Positions 61,909 through 64,000 of a DNA stretch of 64,000 nt are shown here, one piece after another. The notes beneath the pieces are model-generated. The model searched no databases and had not been told where the DNA came from. It saw nothing but the letters and a program-made list of their open reading frames with translations. The stretch spans positions 192,001 to 256,000 of the forward strand of contig CAWIIP010000005.1 of assembly GCA_963836235.1 (NCBI GenBank), in the 5' to 3' direction. Source of the DNA: an uncultured Pseudomonadota bacterium (GTDB lineage Bacteria; Oederibacteriota; Muellerivitia; Muellerivitales; Muellerivitaceae). Within the stretch, counting starts at the first letter, position 1; every line of letters starts with the position of its first letter. A program made the translations under genes and the position numbers.

Positions 61909-63611
61909 CCCGGATTTCCCAGATGGAATTTCCTTTCGAGTATAATAAGACAACGTTTGGCCATATAAACAAAGGTTTTTCTTCGTGTTGGGGAACATGA
62001 GAGGGGGAAATGCAATGGGTGAAGGCGGAAAAGACGCTCTTCGGGTGGTTTTTGACCCTGGCCTCAAGTTGGAGTTCCATGGTGCGAAGGTCACTTCCGA
62101 TGGCGGGTTGATTCCCTATCGCGAACTCGACGAAGCTTTTGGTTTGACTGACAGAACAGAAAACATCCTTTGGGATCGGCGGACCGGTAAGAATACGCAA
62201 CACACGATTACGGCGCTTCTTCGCCAGTCGGTATTCAGCCGCTTGGCCGGTTATGAGGATACCAACGACGCAGAACGCCTGAGTGTCGATCCTGCGATGC
62301 GGCATGTGATCGGAGGACGGGCCAGGGAAAAACAGGCCGCCTCCACCAGCCAGATGGGTCGTTTCGAGACGGAGGTCCTCACCCAGTCGAAGAATTTGAC
62401 CGGCTTAATTGACTTATCGGGCCAATGGATCGATGGAGTCCATGAGAAAAAGCCCATACAACAGATCATCCTCGACATGGATAGCTCAGTGAGCGAGACC
62501 TACGGGGATCAGGAAGGTTCCTTGTACAACGGTTACTTTGGCTGTACCTGTTACCATCCCCTGTTTTGCTTCAACCAGTTCGGCGATTTGGAACGGGCTA
62601 TGTTGCGCAACGGCAATGTGGCCAGTGCCCACGAATGGCGTTCGGTTCTTGAACCGGTAGTTGCCCGCTACCGGGGTCTTTCCATCAGCCGGTTTTTCCG
62701 GGGTGACGCGGCTTTCGCCCGTCAGGAACTATACGAATACCTAGAAGACGAAGGATATCTTTACGCGATCCGCCAACCTGCCAATGCCATACTCCAACGG
62801 GAAATCGAGCCATTTTTAACCCGTCCCGTGGGCCGCCCCTCCCACAAGCCGGTTGTCCGGTTTCACAGCTTCCAATACCAAGCCGTCAGCTGGGACAAAC
62901 CCCGCCGCGTGGTGGCGAAGATCGAACATCACAACGGGGAATTGTTCCCAAAGGTGGGTTTCATCGTAACGAACATGCGACGACCGGCACCCCAGGTGGT
63001 GAAATTCTACAACGGAAGAGGCACGGCTGAGCAGTGGATCAAAGAGGGAAAGTATGCGATGAAGTGGACAAGACTAAGCTGCCACGACTTCGCGGACAAC
63101 CAAGTGCGCTTACAACTATTCGCCCTGGCCTACAATCTGGGCAACTTCCTGCGCCGACTGGCACTGCCAGAACTGGTGAAACATTGGTCGCTAACGACCT
63201 TGAGGGAAAAACTCATCAAGATCGGGGCTAATGTCATCCGTCATTCGCGGTACGTTATTTTCCAGATGGCGGAGGTGATGGTTTCCCGACGCCTGTTTGC
63301 TGAAATCCTCAATCGGATACGGCTACTGGCAATGGTAAGGCCGCGAGCGCCAGTACTGCGATAACCGCAGGAAGGCATCAAGGCTTCAACCCGAGCGACT
63401 ACCGCAGGATAGGTGTGCGCTCACAACGAGAATTGGCTTTCCAGAAGGTCAATTTCAGCTTTTTTGGGCACAGAAACCTTTTCCTGGGGCTTATTTCAGT
63501 GGCCCAGGACGGAAAATTCCGGATTCGGATGGAAGAAGCGGGGGGGGGCGATATAATGAGAAACAAATTACCCGGCAATGTTTTCAGAGAAGGTCATCTG
63601 GGAAATTCCGG
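61909..63611 (+). mobile_element. IS1380-family insertion sequence
   Basis: 17-bp IRs CCCGGATTTCCCAGATG (61909-25) and CATCTGGGAAATTCCGG (63595-611); flanks CTAAA/CTAGA form an imperfect 5-bp TSD. Confidence 0.88.
62015..63364 (+). CDS. IS1380-family DDE transposase
   Basis: TSDGGL, GYEDTNDA, ILDMDSS, YHPL, RGDAAF, FYNGRGTAEQWIKEGK, LAYNL. Confidence 0.95.
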   Translation: MGEGGKDALRVVFDPGLKLEFHGAKVTSDGGLIPYRELDEAFGLTDRTENILWDRRTGKNTQHTITALLRQSVFSRLAGYEDTNDAERLSVDPAMRHVIGGRAREKQAASTSQMGRFETEVLTQSKNLTGLIDLSGQWIDGVHEKKPIQQIILDMDSSVSETYGDQEGSLYNGYFGCTCYHPLFCFNQFGDLERAMLRNGNVASAHEWRSVLEPVVARYRGLSISRFFRGDAAFARQELYEYLEDEGYLYAIRQPANAILQREIEPFLTRPVGRPSHKPVVRFHSFQYQAVSWDKPRRVVAKIEHHNGELFPKVGFIVTNMRRPAPQVVKFYNGRGTAEQWIKEGKYAMKWTRLSCHDFADNQVRLQLFALAYNLGNFLRRLALPELVKHWSLTTLREKLIKIGANVIRHSRYVIFQMAEVMVSRRLFAEILNRIRLLAMVRPRAPVLR

Positions 63612-63683
63612 CTAGAACAAATTATTAACCTGCGTTATCAGCGAACCCTTTTGAGGCTGTTTTTTTTGTTGGAGGTTTTCAGA

Positions 63684-64000
63684 ATGTTTATTCTCAAAAG
63701 TCTCTCCGGCGTTTTTTATTTTTCACTTTTTTTAATTCTCTCCCTGGCAGTTTGTGAAAGCGGGTTCGCTCAAAGCCCGCCGGTTTTAAAGCCGATAAAA
63801 AAATCCCCGCCCCAAACCTTTACCGCCCAAGAGCTGACCGAAGCCATCCGCGGCGCGGGACTGCTTTTAAATCCGAAAATTCAATTTTTCCAGCCGGTGG
63901 TATCGGCCCCCAGAAAAAGCGTTCCCAAGGCCGCCAATAAAAAATTAGTTCCGTCCCTGGACAAAAACGCGTCTCTCAAGGCCATGGAGGATTTACAGGC
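63684..64000 (+). CDS. Exported hypothetical protein, 5' part only
   Basis: GGAGG RBS; MFILKSLSGVFYFSLFLILSLAVCESGFAQSPP...; open to the window end. Confidence 0.6.
   Translation, partial: MFILKSLSGVFYFSLFLILSLAVCESGFAQSPPVLKPIKKSPPQTFTAQELTEAIRGAGLLLNPKIQFFQPVVSAPRKSVPKAANKKLVPSLDKNASLKAMEDLQ

Noticed and set aside
63944-63966. Possible fifth att-like site (TTAGTTCCGTCCCTGGACAA)
   Set aside because: It lacks the GGGTCCC core and the symmetry, and lies inside an open reading frame.

Overview
Diderm bacterial chromosome segment of moderate GC. The gene style (TonB system, autotransporter, Thr/Pro-linker NHL proteins with a FlgD/T9SS-like C-terminal domain) resembles poorly characterised candidate phyla; this is inference only. 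From left to right: (1) 1-20.4 kb, a minus-strand envelope/housekeeping run (DUF2723 GT-C, O-antigen-ligase-TPR, Gly-rich autotransporter, GT4, epimerase, RlmI-like, beta-propellers, mnmA plus cysteine desulfurase, a bactofilin/M23 pair split by an intact IS30, esterase, peroxiredoxin-like). (2) 20.5-35.9 kb, a plus-strand metal-acquisition supercluster (two porins, TonB receptor, ExbBD-TonB, LolD/FtsX ABC, three DUF3299, ZnuA/ZnuB-like). Three His/CxxC/RAPP-type (DUF2946-like) leader ORFs precede the three outer-membrane genes; one acts through a 53-aa pseudogene-derived relay ORF. (3) 36-44 kb, miscellaneous genes (tatA, TMEM175, rhomboid, PUR-like, cNMP, TAXI). (4) From 44.07 kb, an accessory region opening with a degenerate tRNA-Arg(TCG) and phased repeats, then a 4454-aa SpoIID/NHL/Asp-box/CBM3-like giant protein with a low-GC partner gene. 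It ends with the most striking feature: an integron-like array of three ~700-bp cassettes (BrnT/BrnA, MazF/antitoxin, DHFR-family) delimited by four directly oriented palindromic sites centred on a conserved TC dinucleotide (serine-recombinase-att-like), followed by a PEGA lipoprotein and an intact IS1380. All calls come from reading the sequence by eye; no database search was run.
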